Positions 1 to 14,048 of a stretch of 64,000 nt of DNA are shown in pieces. Within the stretch, counting starts at the first letter, position 1. Each line of letters opens with the position of its first letter. The notes under the pieces are model-generated. The model searched no databases, had not been told where the DNA came from, and saw only the letters and a program-made list of their open reading frames with translations. Position numbers and translations under genes: made by a program. The DNA is from Octopus sinensis (lineage: Eukaryota): NCBI RefSeq assembly GCF_006345805.1, contig NC_043014.1:52142001-52206000 (forward strand). Reading direction: 5' to 3'.

Positions 1-800
1 TTACACATAAATTAATTTCCCATAAAATACATTAGGCGAACTGTATAAGCATAAAGTAAAAATAAGAAAAAATACAGCAATCGATACTTTCAACTTACAT
101 TCCCTTAAGTAATAATATAGCTTTCTGTTTGAAGCAATGGCTAAAACCATTTTTTAAAAAAATAGTGATGCGTTTAAGTAGATGGCTGGCGAAACACCAA
201 TACATAAAAGCCAAACTAACCAAGATACATCTCAAAGGAGTAATAACTCGACTCGTAGTCTAGCAACACGATAAAGTAAATAAGAACATCTTTAGTATAT
301 TTTTATTTTTATTTTTTAAGTCTAAATAATTTCCCACAGAGATATTTTGAATTATGAAATTTTGCAGTCGCTTTCTATTTATATTAAGTAAAAATATCTC
401 TTCCTTATTTACACGTATTAGCTGCTGCAAGCTGTAAATACTCTCGAGTTCTTTACCCAATGTACTTAGTGTGATTTGGTAATAGAAAATGTGATTTTTC
501 ATAATAAAATCGTTAATATTCGATTTACCACTAAAAGCTTGTATACGTATTTATTTACTTATTTATTCATTATTATGTTGTTTCCGTATTTCAACTTATC
601 GTTGTTCCGAAATATATTTTATAAAAGTCTTAAATATATTTTAACACTTTTTCATAGTTTTGTTTTGATTCTACTTGAAATGATATCAACTCAACTCAAT
701 GAAATAGCAAAATAAACAGTTCTTATAGTTCCTTACGCTTTTAATTTAATAGGACAGCTATATGGCATGGAAAGTCATAAAAGATGATATAATAATGATG

Positions 801-844
<44 letters not shown>

Positions 845-1009
845 TTTAAATTGCTAGCACAAGACAAGCAATTTATGGGGAGAAGATAAGTAGATTACGT
901 CGACTCCGCGAAATGAATAAAATTTGATCCTAGTAAGTAAAGACGGACCAGAAACCGTCACGGAAGCGTGAGGGAGCTGAAAGTAGAAAGAAAATCACCT
1001 GTATGCTCG

Positions 1010-1570
1010 ACACAAAACAAGCATGTGGGATAGACTATGTGAACTGCAGAACTGATAAAACTACAGAGAGCAACAAACGCAGAACGTGTGGTGAGAGGGA
1101 CGAAATATTGTGACATTATTTATGAATGCTCGAAATTTGCCACAAGAACACTAAAGGTGACATGTCATTGTGGTAAGAATGGTCTATCGGGCTTTAGTGG
1201 AAATTATGGCCGAGAAAGATTAAAGACATGATACGACCAAATCCCAGAAGAATTTGCTGAGAATGAGAATTGCAAAAACCTGTGGGATGCAATGATTCGG
1301 TGTGATTAAGCAGATTAAACATGGGAAGCAGGACATTGTTTTTAGTGAACAAAAAGAAAAGAATAAACCTGTCTGATAATTGACATAGCATGTCATGTTG
1401 ACCAAAGGATCGAAGAGAGAGAAGAAAAAGTGAACAACTATGATGGATTGAAATGGAAAATCCACAGGTTACGGGAAATGAAGAATGTGGACGTGATGCG
1501 AATAGCGATTAGTGCGCTTGGACGTATCAGTGCAAAACTACCGGTGTGGCTCAGAATAGTTGGATCAAAT
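1010..1570 (+). mobile_element. Degenerate R4/Dong-like non-LTR retrotransposon 3' part (restriction-like endonuclease)
   Basis: Frameshifted pieces read ENENCK.LWD.MI.CD, DIV, LIIDIAC.VD and IAISALG, matching the C-terminal REL domain; (TAA)n lies upstream at 791-843. Confidence 0.65.
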
Positions 1571-2422
1571 ATAAAAAATATTTTCTTCATCATTTCTACG
1601 AAATAATTTCTGCACGTCGATCTGTACATTATTCAACATTTTAAAAAGATATTTTATCACCTGTTGACTGAAATAAAACTAGATATTGGATTACACCGAC
1701 AAAATTTAACAATGTCCTGTAAACGATTATCACTTCAGTCTGCTAGATGTGACCACCTCACACATACCATCGTACCCAGCAAAAGAAAAGTTGTGTATTC
1801 TCATGATATAAAAATAGGCATCTATGGTTATCTTCCTGTAGCCCGATGTTAGGAATTTTCCTTTTCCAACAGCCTAATCTGTTATGTGTATAGTAAAAAT
1901 GATATTCTCGAAGACAAACGGTAAAGGTATCGAAATACAGTTTAGGGATATAATTGGAGGGGGATAAAGATATTAACCTAGACGGGGGCATGACACGCTG
2001 ATTACAAAGTTCACGTCGCAGTCCCGTGATTTCAGGTTCAGTCGTACTGCTCTGCCCCTAACGTGAAATATTTTTACTTCAAGGCAACCGTTACCTAGTG
2101 ACAGTAGAAAGTGTATTGAAGATCATTGCTTGCGTGTGTGTGTGTGCGTGTACATGTGTGTGTATGTATGTGTCTTCTCATGTATGTGTGTGTATTTCTA
2201 TGTGTTTATGCTTCTCAACCGTCTACAAATCGCTGCTGTTTTTTTTTCATTATTCAAAACTGCGTACCTTCGCGGTTTTGTAAAAAGAAGCTGAAAGTAT
2301 AAGTACCAGAGACGAAAAATAATTAATAAATTTGAATTGTGCAAATAAAACCCTTTAATACGGCGCTCGAGTATGGCTACATTCAAACAAAAGAATAATA
2401 GTTCATACTGTTCAAGAAAGAC

Positions 2423-2466
2423 AACCCTAGACATGTTTTGGTTTTAATGAGCCTCTTCAGTGAGTT
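2423..2466 (-). ncRNA. Degenerate type I hammerhead motif
   Basis: Minus strand CTGAAGA-ggct-cattaa-aacc-AAAA-CATGTC; G12 is mutated and stem I is imperfect. Confidence 0.4.
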
Positions 2467-2551
2467 ATGTTAGGTCTCATTAGATTGACAATGATACCAC
2501 TGGCATTTTTTGACGTATATTTTCTGTTTTTAATCTGTAGACTGTGATTCA

Positions 2552-2582
2552 TAGATGAAGCCTGCAAAACAGGCGAAAAGAC
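2552..2582 (+). ncRNA. Degenerate hammerhead motif
   Basis: taGATGA-a-GCCTG-caaaa-CAGGC-GAAA: perfect 5-bp stem II, but the 5' core is altered. Confidence 0.35.
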
Positions 2583-2989
2583 ATTTAGCTGCTATTTCTG
2601 GCTGATTTACCAAATATTTAGAAATTTTCGACATGCGGTTTAGTAAAATGAAATACGGAAATCATTTTCATCGATGTCGTTACATTTTTTTCATTAAGTC
2701 TCATGAAACAGTTCCCGCTATTTATTCTGTCTCTGCTATAATTTTGGCCATTGGCAACATTGCAAGGGGAAAATTACTATTTCAGCCAAATTGCTTTTAG
2801 CTTTGCTTCGATGGTTAACTTTTGGTATCGACGAAGAATGACACGTTTTATGTATTTGTTATTATTGTTTTTTTTTTTTATCGTAATGGCAATAGCAATG
2901 TGATATTGTGTGTCTACTTGAGAATTACGATTCTGAATGAAACTGTAAACGCAAAAGAATGGGTTATAGGTATTGTGTTACTATCACAC

Positions 2990-3045
2990 ACATGCAGCAC
3001 ATACACGATCGTATATGTATATGTAGAAACACACACTCGTATACG

Positions 3046-3080
<35 letters not shown>

Positions 3081-3400
3081 TCGTATACGTATATATATAT
3101 ACACACACACACACACTCGTATACGTATACACACACACACACACACACACACTCGTATACGTATACACACACACACTCGTGTATATATATATATATATAT
3201 ATGCATATATATATATGCATATACATATATACATATTTATATATATATATGCATATATATGTATATATATGCATATATATGTATATACATATTTATATAT
3301 ATATAAAACTTATATACATATTTACAAATATATATGCATATATACATACATATATATACCTATAAAGAGGTATATATGTAAATTCATATATATATATGAA
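2990..3400. repeat. (TA)n/(CA)n compound microsatellite with repeated acacactcgtatacgt units
   Basis: Seen directly; explains the YI-rich ORFs here. Confidence 0.9.
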
Positions 3401-4011
3401 TGTCCTATATGTGTGTATGCTTATGACTACGTGTGTGAACATACCTGCGCATGTGTGCTTGGTTGCGTATGTGTAAATATACATACACATTTGTATTGGT
3501 TCTATTTGCACACATTTCGGTGCAACGCAGCCAAATATTCATAGAAATTATAATATGGAAGTTTGATAGTTTACCATCCTTAGTCCCTTGATGCATCACT
3601 CTCGCTATCAAATCTAAAATGTCTGCATTAATGGTGACAATTGAATATATACCACATATGTTTTGCGTCTCTGCATTATGGCCATGTAAAACAGTTGTAA
3701 TGCAATTCGAACAGTGATTGCAGTAATATATGGAAATTGTCTTGCATAGATTGCGTCTTGTCCGAAATGTAGATCATCTATTGTGTTGCATACATTGGAA
3801 ATTATATATATATATTTCTTAGGGCTGGCCAGATTGGAGTAGTCACGAGTAAAACCAGCCGAAACTGCAAAGATAATCTGGAACTCTCCTGACGAAAGAA
3901 AACTCCAAATGACCCGTCCTTGTTTTTTCTTGTCCCTTTTTGTATCATCTAACTGGCTGGAATTATTGTTGTCGTCTGTTGCGTTCTCGTCCCATTTCTT
4001 GTATTCTTGTT

Positions 4012-4171
4012 GCTGTGTGGTAAGTAGCTTGCTTACCAACCACATAGTTCCGGGTTCGGTCCCACTGCCTGGCATCTTTGGCAAGTGTCTTCTGCTATAG
4101 CCTCGGGCCGACCAAATGACTTGTCAGTGGATTTGGTAGACGGAAACTGAAAGAAGCCTGTCGTATATATG

Positions 4172-4204
<33 letters not shown>

Positions 4205-4411
4205 TTGAGTGTATATGTTTGGGTGTCTGTGTTTGTCTCCCCAACATCGCTTAACAACCGATGCTGGCATGTTTACGTCCCCGTCACTTAGCGGTTCGGC
4301 AAAAGAGACCGATAGAATAAGTACTGGGCTTACAAAGAATAAGTCCCGGGGTCGATTTGCTCGACTAAAGGCGGTGCACCAGCATGGCCGCAGTCAAATG
4401 ACTGAAACAAG

Positions 4412-4415
<4 letters not shown>
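4012..4415 (+). mobile_element. SINE family A (tRNA-like head, internal TA/TG microsatellite)
   Basis: Matches the copies at 15154, 18194, 45340 and 57697; B-box-like GGTTCGGTCCC; tail cagtcaaatgactgaaacaagtaaa. Confidence 0.88.
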
Positions 4416-4445
<30 letters not shown>

Positions 4446-5143
4446 GCATATTTGTGCATGTTCGTCTTGTTTTTCTGGTGATTTCAACTTTCGACTCTTC
4501 TTCCTAGATTGGATGACTCTCTCACCGAACAGTTTAACTGAATGCATTTTTTGTTTGTTTGTTAATTTCCTGTCTTGTTCCAATTGTAGGCTTAATCTAC
4601 TCCTATTTCTATTCCGTTCTGTTGTGAACTTAAAAGAGATTTTTTTTCATTGATTTTTATGCCGCTGAGGTTCTTTGTAAAGTCTTCCTTATGAAATAAG
4701 TTTCGACGTTACGCAAATCGTATAAAGATTGTGGCTGAACTGTGTATGCTTTTGTCTATAACTGGGAGATAAAATGGAGGATTATAGGTGCTCAGGATTT
4801 CCCAAAGGTTGCTATAAAGGCGTCGACAACGTTTGAATAACTTGAGACAGAAAATGAAAATCTATATTACAATGAATGCAGTCACATTGTTTCCCTCAGA
4901 AAAGCCTCTACAACTACACACGTATCAATCACTAATTAAGCGAGCGGATTATTGTTAAACCCAGATGAAACTCTAATCCACCACTTTTATCAACAAGCAT
5001 TTCAGCCACCAGCGTCTACATTTTTGGGATGTAACCGCCACCACATTATCTAATATTCTTTTGTCGTCTTTCACTTTCTGGGAGCTAGACATTATCTGAA
5101 GCAAGCCGATCTGAATTTATATATTATTTCTGCAAGATATAAG

Positions 5144-5545
5144 ATGGCGAACTGAGTAGTTAGCAACCGGTCAAAATATCTAACGGCTTAAGTCACTCTA
5201 CATGTTCTGATTTCAAATTCTACCGAGGTCGACGAAATAAATACTAGTTTAATACTGGGGTCGATGTAATCGAATAATCCTCTCCCTCGAAATGGCTGGC
5301 CTTGTACCAAACTTTCAATCTATTATTTCTCTGAAGTGTAAGGCCACGACCTAACAAAGAATGCCAGACAAAACGCTTAGCCGCATGTCGTCCGTCTATA
5401 CGCTCTGAGTTCAAATTTCACCAGGTCCACTTTTCTTTTCATCCTTTCAAAGTCAATGTCATAAATACCAGTTGAGCGCTAGGGTCGCTGTAATCGACAT
5501 GCCTACAACACCAATATTTCGGGCCTTGTCACTATTTTAAAACAG
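5144..5545 (+). mobile_element. Two degenerate tandem SINE family B-related copies
   Basis: Diverged ctgagttcaaatt...gaggtcgac and ggggtcgatgtaatcga motifs, each present twice. Confidence 0.6.
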
Positions 5546-5794
5546 ATTATTTCTATGCTAATAATTCTCAAAAGAGGAACAATACAATGTCCATTCGGAA
5601 TCATACTGACCATGCAACATGGTTGCTTCTTCTATAATCAATATTAGCTGCATTCTATCAACGATTTATTACTGTAGGCACAACGTAGATTATGATCGAC
5701 TATGTCGTAATTCCTTCTGATGAAATTGACAAAATTGCTAAGAAAAGGGCAGAACACATTGGATATATATATGTTTGTGTGTGTGTGGGGGGGG

Positions 5795-5910
5795 TTCTTT
5801 CTGTGGAAGAGCATAGGCTCGAAACGTTCAATTCCTGAGCGTTATGCTAATACATCTCTGTTTTCTACACCACCTGTCTTCTTCGGGTTTTTTTCCGTGA
5901 ATTCTCCCTA
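5795..5910 (+). mobile_element. Short repeat with hammerhead-like half (gagc-atag-gctc-GAAACGTT) ending at (TA)n
   Basis: A second copy lies at 41731-41833 (ttcctgagcgttat...acaccacctgtcttc...ctccctatata). Confidence 0.6.
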
Positions 5911-6827
5911 TATATATATATATATATATATATAATTCTTAAACACGTATATCATTTACAGAGTACTAAGTTTCAGCCAGTTTAAGCCATCGTCGGATTA
6001 CGATGCATTGAATTTTGCTGATATTTAAACACACATATGTATGTATGCATTTATGCCTGAATGAATATATATACTTCCGTATTGTATCATTCTCTAACAA
6101 TATCGTTTCCGCTTTGTGTAGGTTCTAGCAGTCAAATCTCACAGACATTTGTTTTGTTTAGTAGAGGGAGAGACAGACTTATTTAAATAATTATCTCTAC
6201 CTGAGAGGAAGCAAAATAGTGATGGATAACTGCTGTCTGCTTCACACAATAATGAAAGGAAGATACCGAGCCGTATGACTATTGTAGTAATAGTATCAGC
6301 ATTCCTATCCTGTTCCTTTGTTTGTTGCAGTTTTTTTTGTTTTTCACATAAAAATCAATAAGAAAATATCTGACAATTCAATTGAATAGGCTGATTTTAA
6401 AGATGAGTATAACAACAATTCATCACAAAAATTCAGATAATCGTTTCTTTAAATCTTCTCCACTTAAGTAACTATATTTTGCTCTGAATTTATAAACAGA
6501 CTTGAGAGTCTTAATCAATATCACGCAATTAATTTCGACAATCGCCACTTTACATGCAGTAAGATTATTCATTAGCAACATAAACCGATTACCGAATTAG
6601 AGATCTTAGAGGTCTCGATTTGATTTCCCAATACAACGTTTAGCAATACTATTTACGCCTTGTTTTAACTGAATTTAAATTGATGGATAACTAGGCTATA
6701 TCGATAATGTAAGATTCGTCATGAGATTTTAAATGAAATCGGTTTATCGTATATTAAATATCGCATTGTGTCATTCAATTTAATTACCCTTTGTAGCGCC
6801 AACAAATAAGTGAACCTATATATATAT

Positions 6828-6878
<51 letters not shown>

Positions 6879-6880
6879 TA

Positions 6881-6917
<37 letters not shown>

Positions 6918-6919
<2 letters not shown>

Positions 6920-7067
6920 TTATAAATTAGGATATCCGCGAGATACCACCATGCTGAAAATAGCAGTCATGATCTGACTCTAAAACCACCTTAAGGTGAT
7001 TTTATAGTCAGATCATGGCTACTATTTTTAGCATGCTGGTATCTCGTAGATACCCTAATTTATAATT
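6918..7067. repeat. 150-bp palindrome (75-bp arms, no spacer)
   Basis: Arms are reverse complements around ccttaagg with about 9 mismatches; a (TA)n tract lies on the left. Confidence 0.9.
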
Positions 7068-9209
7068 TTTATAATTATTACCTTTGAAGGTTATATTTTC
7101 CATACTGCCCACTTTATAAGATCATTATTTTATTTTAAATTAACGATCTTATCCGTGTATATATATATATATATCTCATATTTGTATATTAATAATATTT
7201 ACTGAATCTCAGTCTTTTATGCGCTAAACCACTGTTGTTAAATTGATGTTACTAAATTAATATCCAATTTTTTTACCCTTATTTTGATATATATATATAT
7301 AATGAACAGTAAGAAACGTACAACTAGTTGTTATTGTTTTGGTTACAGACAAACCCTGTTCGAGAATAGATGAGATCATCAAAGTCATTCACATCGGATC
7401 AGTCCTTTTTCCAGATATCCATTGTTTTAAAGGCAGTGGTGCAGTTTGAGAGACATATGCATGTTAATTGTCTGTTCGTGCGTAAATTAGCAATTCCGTA
7501 ATCGTGCACCGCTATGATGCGTGACACGCCGATCGGTCTCTTCACAAGCGATGTTAGCAGATTCTAAAGTTACGAAGAGAGCGCACATAAAAATAATAAT
7601 CGCCGTGACACATACCGAACAATTATTTAATTGCTTTCCATTATATTAACACCAAATGTTCCATTAGTTATGATATAGGTTACTGAATTCTAAATTCATT
7701 AATTTCATGTTTCCGTAACAATATCATTATCTGTGTAACTTAGAGCTGCTGATATAGGTATGGCGTGAAAAGGATACAACTCCTCGGGATAGTCCATCAA
7801 TGAGAGGTTATGACGTCAGTAGTACAAGTTCTTCAAATGTCAGTGTTTACCAACACATCACAAGAGATTTAGCAGTCAAAGTAATGACTTCAAATAGTTA
7901 TTTAAAGGGAATGCAATTAACAAACAAAAAATTTAAATAATCGATGTTTATCACAGAAGTGGATTAAAGAGTTAAAACATATTGAAGAGGCGCCAATTCT
8001 GAAAATTGTTCTCGTGGGGAAGCAATTTTTTCACCCACGATGCCACAAAGTGGGCCTGAACTCGGAGCCATGTGGTTTAGAGGAAAGCTTCTTACCACAC
8101 AGTCAGTTCTGCGTCTCTCTATATATATGCTTGTAACAAAAGTCCAACCACTAAATAACTTAAAAAAAAAAAAAACATACTACCATATCTCTATTTTCTG
8201 AAGTAGGATTAAAATATTAAACTACAGCAATGAATGTAATACATGAGAGAAGAAAATACCATAATTTGTGAAAAAAAGGAAATGGTTAATGAAACATACT
8301 TGCATCATGCATCTTTCAAGGCAGCAGAACTTTAGTTATTTGTTTTTTTAATGTCGTTTACATGCATAATTAATAGACGCATAAATACAGTGATAGAGAT
8401 TCTTCTCCATATAATGAGTGTTGTAAACCAACCTTCAGAATTAGAATTCTGTAAGGATTCTACACAAAATGCACAATTTTGGATAAGCTATGCACTACAA
8501 CAAAGTACAGAAAAACAAGCGTTAATTATATATATATATAAGTATATAAACGATTATTACCAGCTTCCATTAAGAATGCTCATTAACAGTGGGATAAAAT
8601 ATATAAAACGTTTTTTTCTGTAGGAACCTGTGTTTGACTAGTTTAATTAAAATTTGCATTCGAACATATCGGGGACTGATAGTAATAATCCTGTGGTAGT
8701 TTGTGAAATAGAAAGTTTGTACGTTTATTGGTAACCTCGATACAACCACGGAAAAATCTGTATTCCATCCACTTGCAGATACTCCGGAACGTTCACATTT
8801 TATGCAGTGAATAACAGCAATGCAGCTGGAACATTCGAACTCTACATATACATACACTTCTGCAATTAATAACCGTTCCACCCAAGTAGATCTTGGAACA
8901 AAACACAGAAATGTACTTACTCTGCCAACTATTACATGGAAGTTTACTTAGTCATAAATGTAGCGCTTCTGCATAAATTTATTTTAAAATATAAATAACA
9001 AAACAGTGCTACCTCTTCACCTCCGTTGGTATAAAAGTGCCAATATTTCAAACGAATTGCATAAAAGATATAATCAAATAGCTGGTAATGCACTTAGATC
9101 TCGAGAGGAAAGGTTACAAATAAAATGTTTCCCAATAAAAGTGTTTCGTTTTATATTTTTTTTAACAAAAATCCCTTCTTACTCTCCATCCAAACCTCTC
9201 CAATTCGCC

Positions 9210-9345
9210 CTGTCTCACTCTCTCTCTCTCTCTCCTTCCCCCTCTCTCTCTCTCTTCCCTCTCTCTCTCTCTCTCTCTCCTTCCCTCTCCTCTCTCTCCT
9301 TCCCGCTCCTTCCCTCCCTCTCTCTCTCTTTCTCTCTCTCATTCA
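9210..9345. repeat. (CT)n polypyrimidine tract
   Basis: Seen directly. Confidence 0.9.
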
Positions 9346-9949
9346 CTCACTCGTTCGTTTTGCTCTTACTGTCTTTATTCCTTCCTTTTTATCTTCCGTT
9401 AGATTATATTCTAACTGAACAGTAAAACTAGTTTATGTTTAGCACCAGGTAAACTTCCCGCCGCTGAAGCAGGACTATGACTGATCAAAGACGTTCCCCC
9501 TGTCACCTGTGAACACAAAGGCGATATTCGAGACCGGACACTCAACCGACAATTCTAACAGGTTAAGCAATTATAAAGACCCGTTTTGAAGAGCTGTTGT
9601 TTTATTCAGCTAAACAGTAGCTCACCTAGTGAGGACGCTCCAATCATCAAAGGCATTTCAACCACAATTATCCTGTCTTTCTTCATATAGCAGGAAAATG
9701 ACGGGTTATACTGCTAAGGGCGGGACCACAGTGCAACAACGAACGTTGATGGCTATTATAAACGAGAGTGCTGGATGAAGTTTGAGCGAGAGAGTTACGA
9801 AATCAGACTGTTATGCCGTGAAGAGAAATTTTATAGTAATGACAGAAATGACAAAAGAGACACAACTCAGCCCTCTGTCTATAGGCAGAGCCTGAGGTGT
9901 GTCAGTTTGTGACTGAATTCTAAATAATTGTTCGTTCTTTCGTAGTTAA

Positions 9950-10420
9950 AAATGTCTACGTGTGTAGCACTAATATCGTCCCTGATGTATGGGCAATACT
10001 CTACAAAAGAACTCATTTAAGACTTGTTGAGCGTCAAAACATGAAGGAAGCTGAAATATTTTCTGTCTCTGAATGGAACAATCAGATTTTATGTTGCAGG
10101 ATGCCAATCTGTTGAGTGTCTTTCGTCTGCTTACGGCCAAGAAAGCCCGTATCCGTAGTAGCAACACCGTACCCGATTTAAGCGCAAAACTTAGATCGTA
10201 CACGTCTTGCATCTCGATTGATCTTTATAGAGTATTGATATCTGTTTGAGATAGAACTATTTTCTTGTATTGAAGGAAAGAACTATTCGTTTGGTTGCAG
10301 TTCTTGCTATGCTGCTGATGAGTCTTCACCAGATGAAATTCTCCGCAATTTTAAAATTTTGCTCAGTAACAAATTTTCTCATATACATTTACATGCAGCT
10401 GAAACAACAAAACCTTGTAA
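9950..10420 (+). mobile_element. Penelope-like element 3' relic with hammerhead-like motif
   Basis: Frameshifted PDLSAK/IVHVLHL resembles the C-terminus of Penelope GIY-YIG proteins; followed by CTGATGA-gtct-tcacc-agat-GAAA at 10315-10338. Confidence 0.45.
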
Positions 10421-11037
10421 CTAAATCACTTTTTAATAGTCTGTAGAAAAAAAATTATATTCGTTCATAATTTATTAGAGACTTCTCACCACATTCAAAA
10501 CAAATGTCTTGCTTCAACAGAATCATTTTCTTATTTCGTAATAAATCATACGTAGAGAACATTATATGTATAGGGAAATGTCTAACCAGGGAAATATATA
10601 AATATAAATCATAAAACCGAATCGGTAAATTTAGAGAATAATAAATATTCTGTGCGTTAAAATATTCATAATTAGATTTAAATAATTCGGACTGAAATGA
10701 CTTTTAATTTTGAAATTTCGACAGAAGAAATAGATTTTGCGAAATTTATGTGGTTTTAATGAACGATGTACTTTACGAATACTATGGAGGTACACAGTAG
10801 TAGTATCGTTAATAGAGCAGTCTCTATAGAGCTATCTCTATATTCACTGCTTTCTGAAATAAATCACCCATTGTTTTTGATAAAGTTTAACGAAGGAAGT
10901 AAAATCTATTACTTAAACATGATTACTTGGCTGATATTTCACGACCCTGAATATGTTCATAATTACTGTATGTAATTAATGAAGTTACGTCAGGTGTCAG
11001 GCTTCACACCGACGAAAGCAAAATGTATTCGTGGGTG

Positions 11038-11089
<52 letters not shown>

Positions 11090-11511
11090 AGAAATAATTG
11101 AAATTAAGTTGTATTTGGTACTTAATTTGAAGTACTAAGTCAGTCCGGTATTATCTGCACAGCTCGAAGTAAGGTGAATAAAATGAAACTAAGCAACAGG
11201 ATGTACTATTAGACGCACACAGAAAAAGAGTGATGTAGAGGGCCAGACAGAAACATGGATAGAATGGTAGATCGATAGGGAGATTGATAACTATGATTTT
11301 TACTAGGACATCAATTATCGTAATCATTTGAGATATCATAAACACAAATTCAAAACACAGATACACACACACATATATCTCTATGCATATATATATATAT
11401 AAATATATTAATTAATCAATATAAGGGTAGCAAAAAATTCAAGAAAAAGTTTTCGCCACCAGCGGTCCAGTGAGAAGGAAAAATAGTCACCGACTATATA
11501 TATATATATAA

Positions 11512-11778
11512 AATTTCAACAATATTAAGGAATGGCCCTGATAGGCCATTCGACCCACTAGAAAGAGCAGCCAAACTCAAACCGCTAAATAGTTGTAATT
11601 CTGAAATCAAAGGAGAAATAAAAACATTTACCCTTTGCATAGTCGAAAGATGATAAGGGTAAATGTTTTTATTTCTCCTTTGAGTTCAGAATTACGACTA
11701 TTTAGCGGTTTGAGTTTGGCTGCTCTTTCTAATGGGTCGAATGGCCTATCAGGGCCATTCCTTAATATTGTTGAAATT
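11512..11778. repeat. Foldback element, 124-bp inverted arms with 19-nt spacer
   Basis: 11512-11635 is the reverse complement of 11655-11778 with few mismatches; (TA)n on both sides. Confidence 0.92.
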
Positions 11779-12407
11779 ATATATAAATATATATATGTGT
11801 GTGTGTGCCTACGTAAAATTCTGTATTCCTTTGTCTCAACCTCTGAGAATGTGTTTGTCTGTGTGTGTGTCAAGTGGCAAAGAGACTATGCTATTAGTCG
11901 GCCGCTGTACAATTTTCTATATATCTAACCTCTGGCGAACAAAGACAAATATATACAAAAGGTAGAAAGAACATCCATTAAATTCTCTAAGATTACAACA
12001 CCTATGCATTAATATAACTGCTCTAAACAAGACAATTCCATGCCATGACCTATATGACTATTATCGAATAACCAGGGAAAATGTGAAAAGTATAGATATA
12101 TGATGTTGGTAATATGCTATTTTGCCGTAGTTAAATTGTATTTGTATTGAAGCTTTCCTAACCATGAACGTACGATTTATTCAAGGAATTTCGCTATATA
12201 CATTCATAGCAAAATTCAATTTCGCTCTTACTGTTATATGTCTTGTATGCAATTATATGTTTCTATATGATAATGGCTAGATGTTATTTCGTTCTTTTTA
12301 GAACTATTTCTCAATAAAGTAGGCCTTTATGCAATGTTCCTTACACTAGCATAAATTTATTCCTAACGGTCGTAACTATATCATCACACAAACTGTCCCT
12401 CCTTCTC

Positions 12408-12438
<31 letters not shown>

Positions 12439-12451
12439 GGATGAATAAATG

Positions 12452-13378
12452 GATAGATAGATAGATAGATAGAGATACAAAGATAGCTTGATAGATATAG
12501 AAAGATAGATATAGATAGATAGATAGAGATACAAAGATAGCTTGATAGATATAGAAAGATAGATATAGATAGATAGATAGAGATACAAAGATAGCTTGAT
12601 AGATATAGAAAGATAGATATAGATAGATAGATAGAGATACAAAGATAGTTTGATAGATATAGAAAGATAGATATAGATAGATAGATAGAGATACAAAGAT
12701 AGTTTGATAGATATAGAAAGATAGATATAGATAGATAGATAGAGATACAAAGATAGTTTGATAGATATAGAAAGATAGATATAGATAGATAGATAGAGAT
12801 ACAAAGATAGTTTGATAGATATAGAAAGATAGATATAGATAGATAGATAGAGATACAAAGATAGCTTGATAGATATAGAAAGATAGATATAGATAGATAG
12901 AGATACAAAGATAGTTTGATAGATATAGAAAGATAGATATAGATAGATAGATAGAGATACAAAGATAGTTTGATAGATATAGAAAGATAGATATAGATAG
13001 ATAGATAGAGATACAAAGATAGTGATAGATATAGAAAGATAGATATAGATAGATAGAGATACAAAGATAGTTTGATAGATATAGAAAGATAGATATAGAT
13101 AGATAGATAGAGATACAAAGATAGTTTGATAGATATAGAAAGATAGATATAGATAGATAGAGATACAAAGATAGTTTGATAGATATAGAAAGATAGATAT
13201 AGATAGATAGATAGAGATACAAAGATAGTTTGATAGATATAGAAAGATAGATATAGATAGATAGATAGAGATACAAAGATAGTTTGATAGATATAGAAAG
13301 ATAGATATAGATAGATAGATAGAGATACAAAGATAGCTTGATAGATATAGATAGAGATACAAAGATAGCTTGATAGAT

Positions 13379-13412
<34 letters not shown>
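12452..13412. repeat. GATA-derived minisatellite, 54-bp unit (50-bp variants), about 17 copies
   Basis: Unit agatacaaagatag(c/t)ttgatagatatagaaagatagatatagatagatagatag; acaaag recurs at 12531 and 12585. Confidence 0.93.
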
Positions 13413-13413
<1 letters not shown>

Positions 13414-14048
13414 TTCCCTTGTCTTTTTCATCATTTTCTCCCTTCGTTGCGCCATGCTTCTAAACGGCAATGCAATTTTAGATCACACTCTTGTACATAA
13501 TTACACGGTTACAACAAAAAAAAAATTCCAGTGTCACATATATAGAGATGCTGCAAGTTGGCGCATCTTTATTTCATAGGCGTGCAGCGCAGATATATTT
13601 GACGATTAATAATACAAAACAAGAACTGTGTTATCAAAGAACCGCGACGCATATGCGTTATATTGGAATTGCGGGCGTACCTTTGAATATATATATATGT
13701 GTGTGTGTATGATTGTTATTGTGTGGGTGAGTGTGTGTGTTTATATAAAAGACGTTTTTGTGAGTGCGTTAGACAATGGACAACAGCCATGCTAGAGCAG
13801 AGCCGTGAAGGATTTTGGTGAAGAAATAGAATAATAGAATACGTCTGGCTTATATTGAATTCTTCCTGTTTCCCGAAACACTTAGTTGCAAAGACGTAAA
13901 TGCACCAACGCGTGCTGACAAGCGGTGGTAGTGGACAAACACAGGCTTAAGGACACACACACATGTATACATATGTATGTGTGTGACTATGTGAGTGTAT
14001 GGAAATGTGTGTGACTGTGTGTGTATTGTGCGTGAGTGTGTGTGTGTA

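Noticed and set aside
7758-7940. Short open stretch as the missing 5' exon
   Set aside because: No signal-peptide character and weak splice signals.
8779-8870. Possible extra Ig-like exon YSGTFTFYAVNNSNAAG
   Set aside because: No Cys at the motif position and an in-frame stop precedes any donor site.
12452-13412. CRISPR-like array
   Set aside because: Eukaryotic DNA and no unique spacers.
12341-13470. 329-364 aa ORFs rich in YLSI
   Set aside because: Translations of the 54-bp GATA minisatellite.
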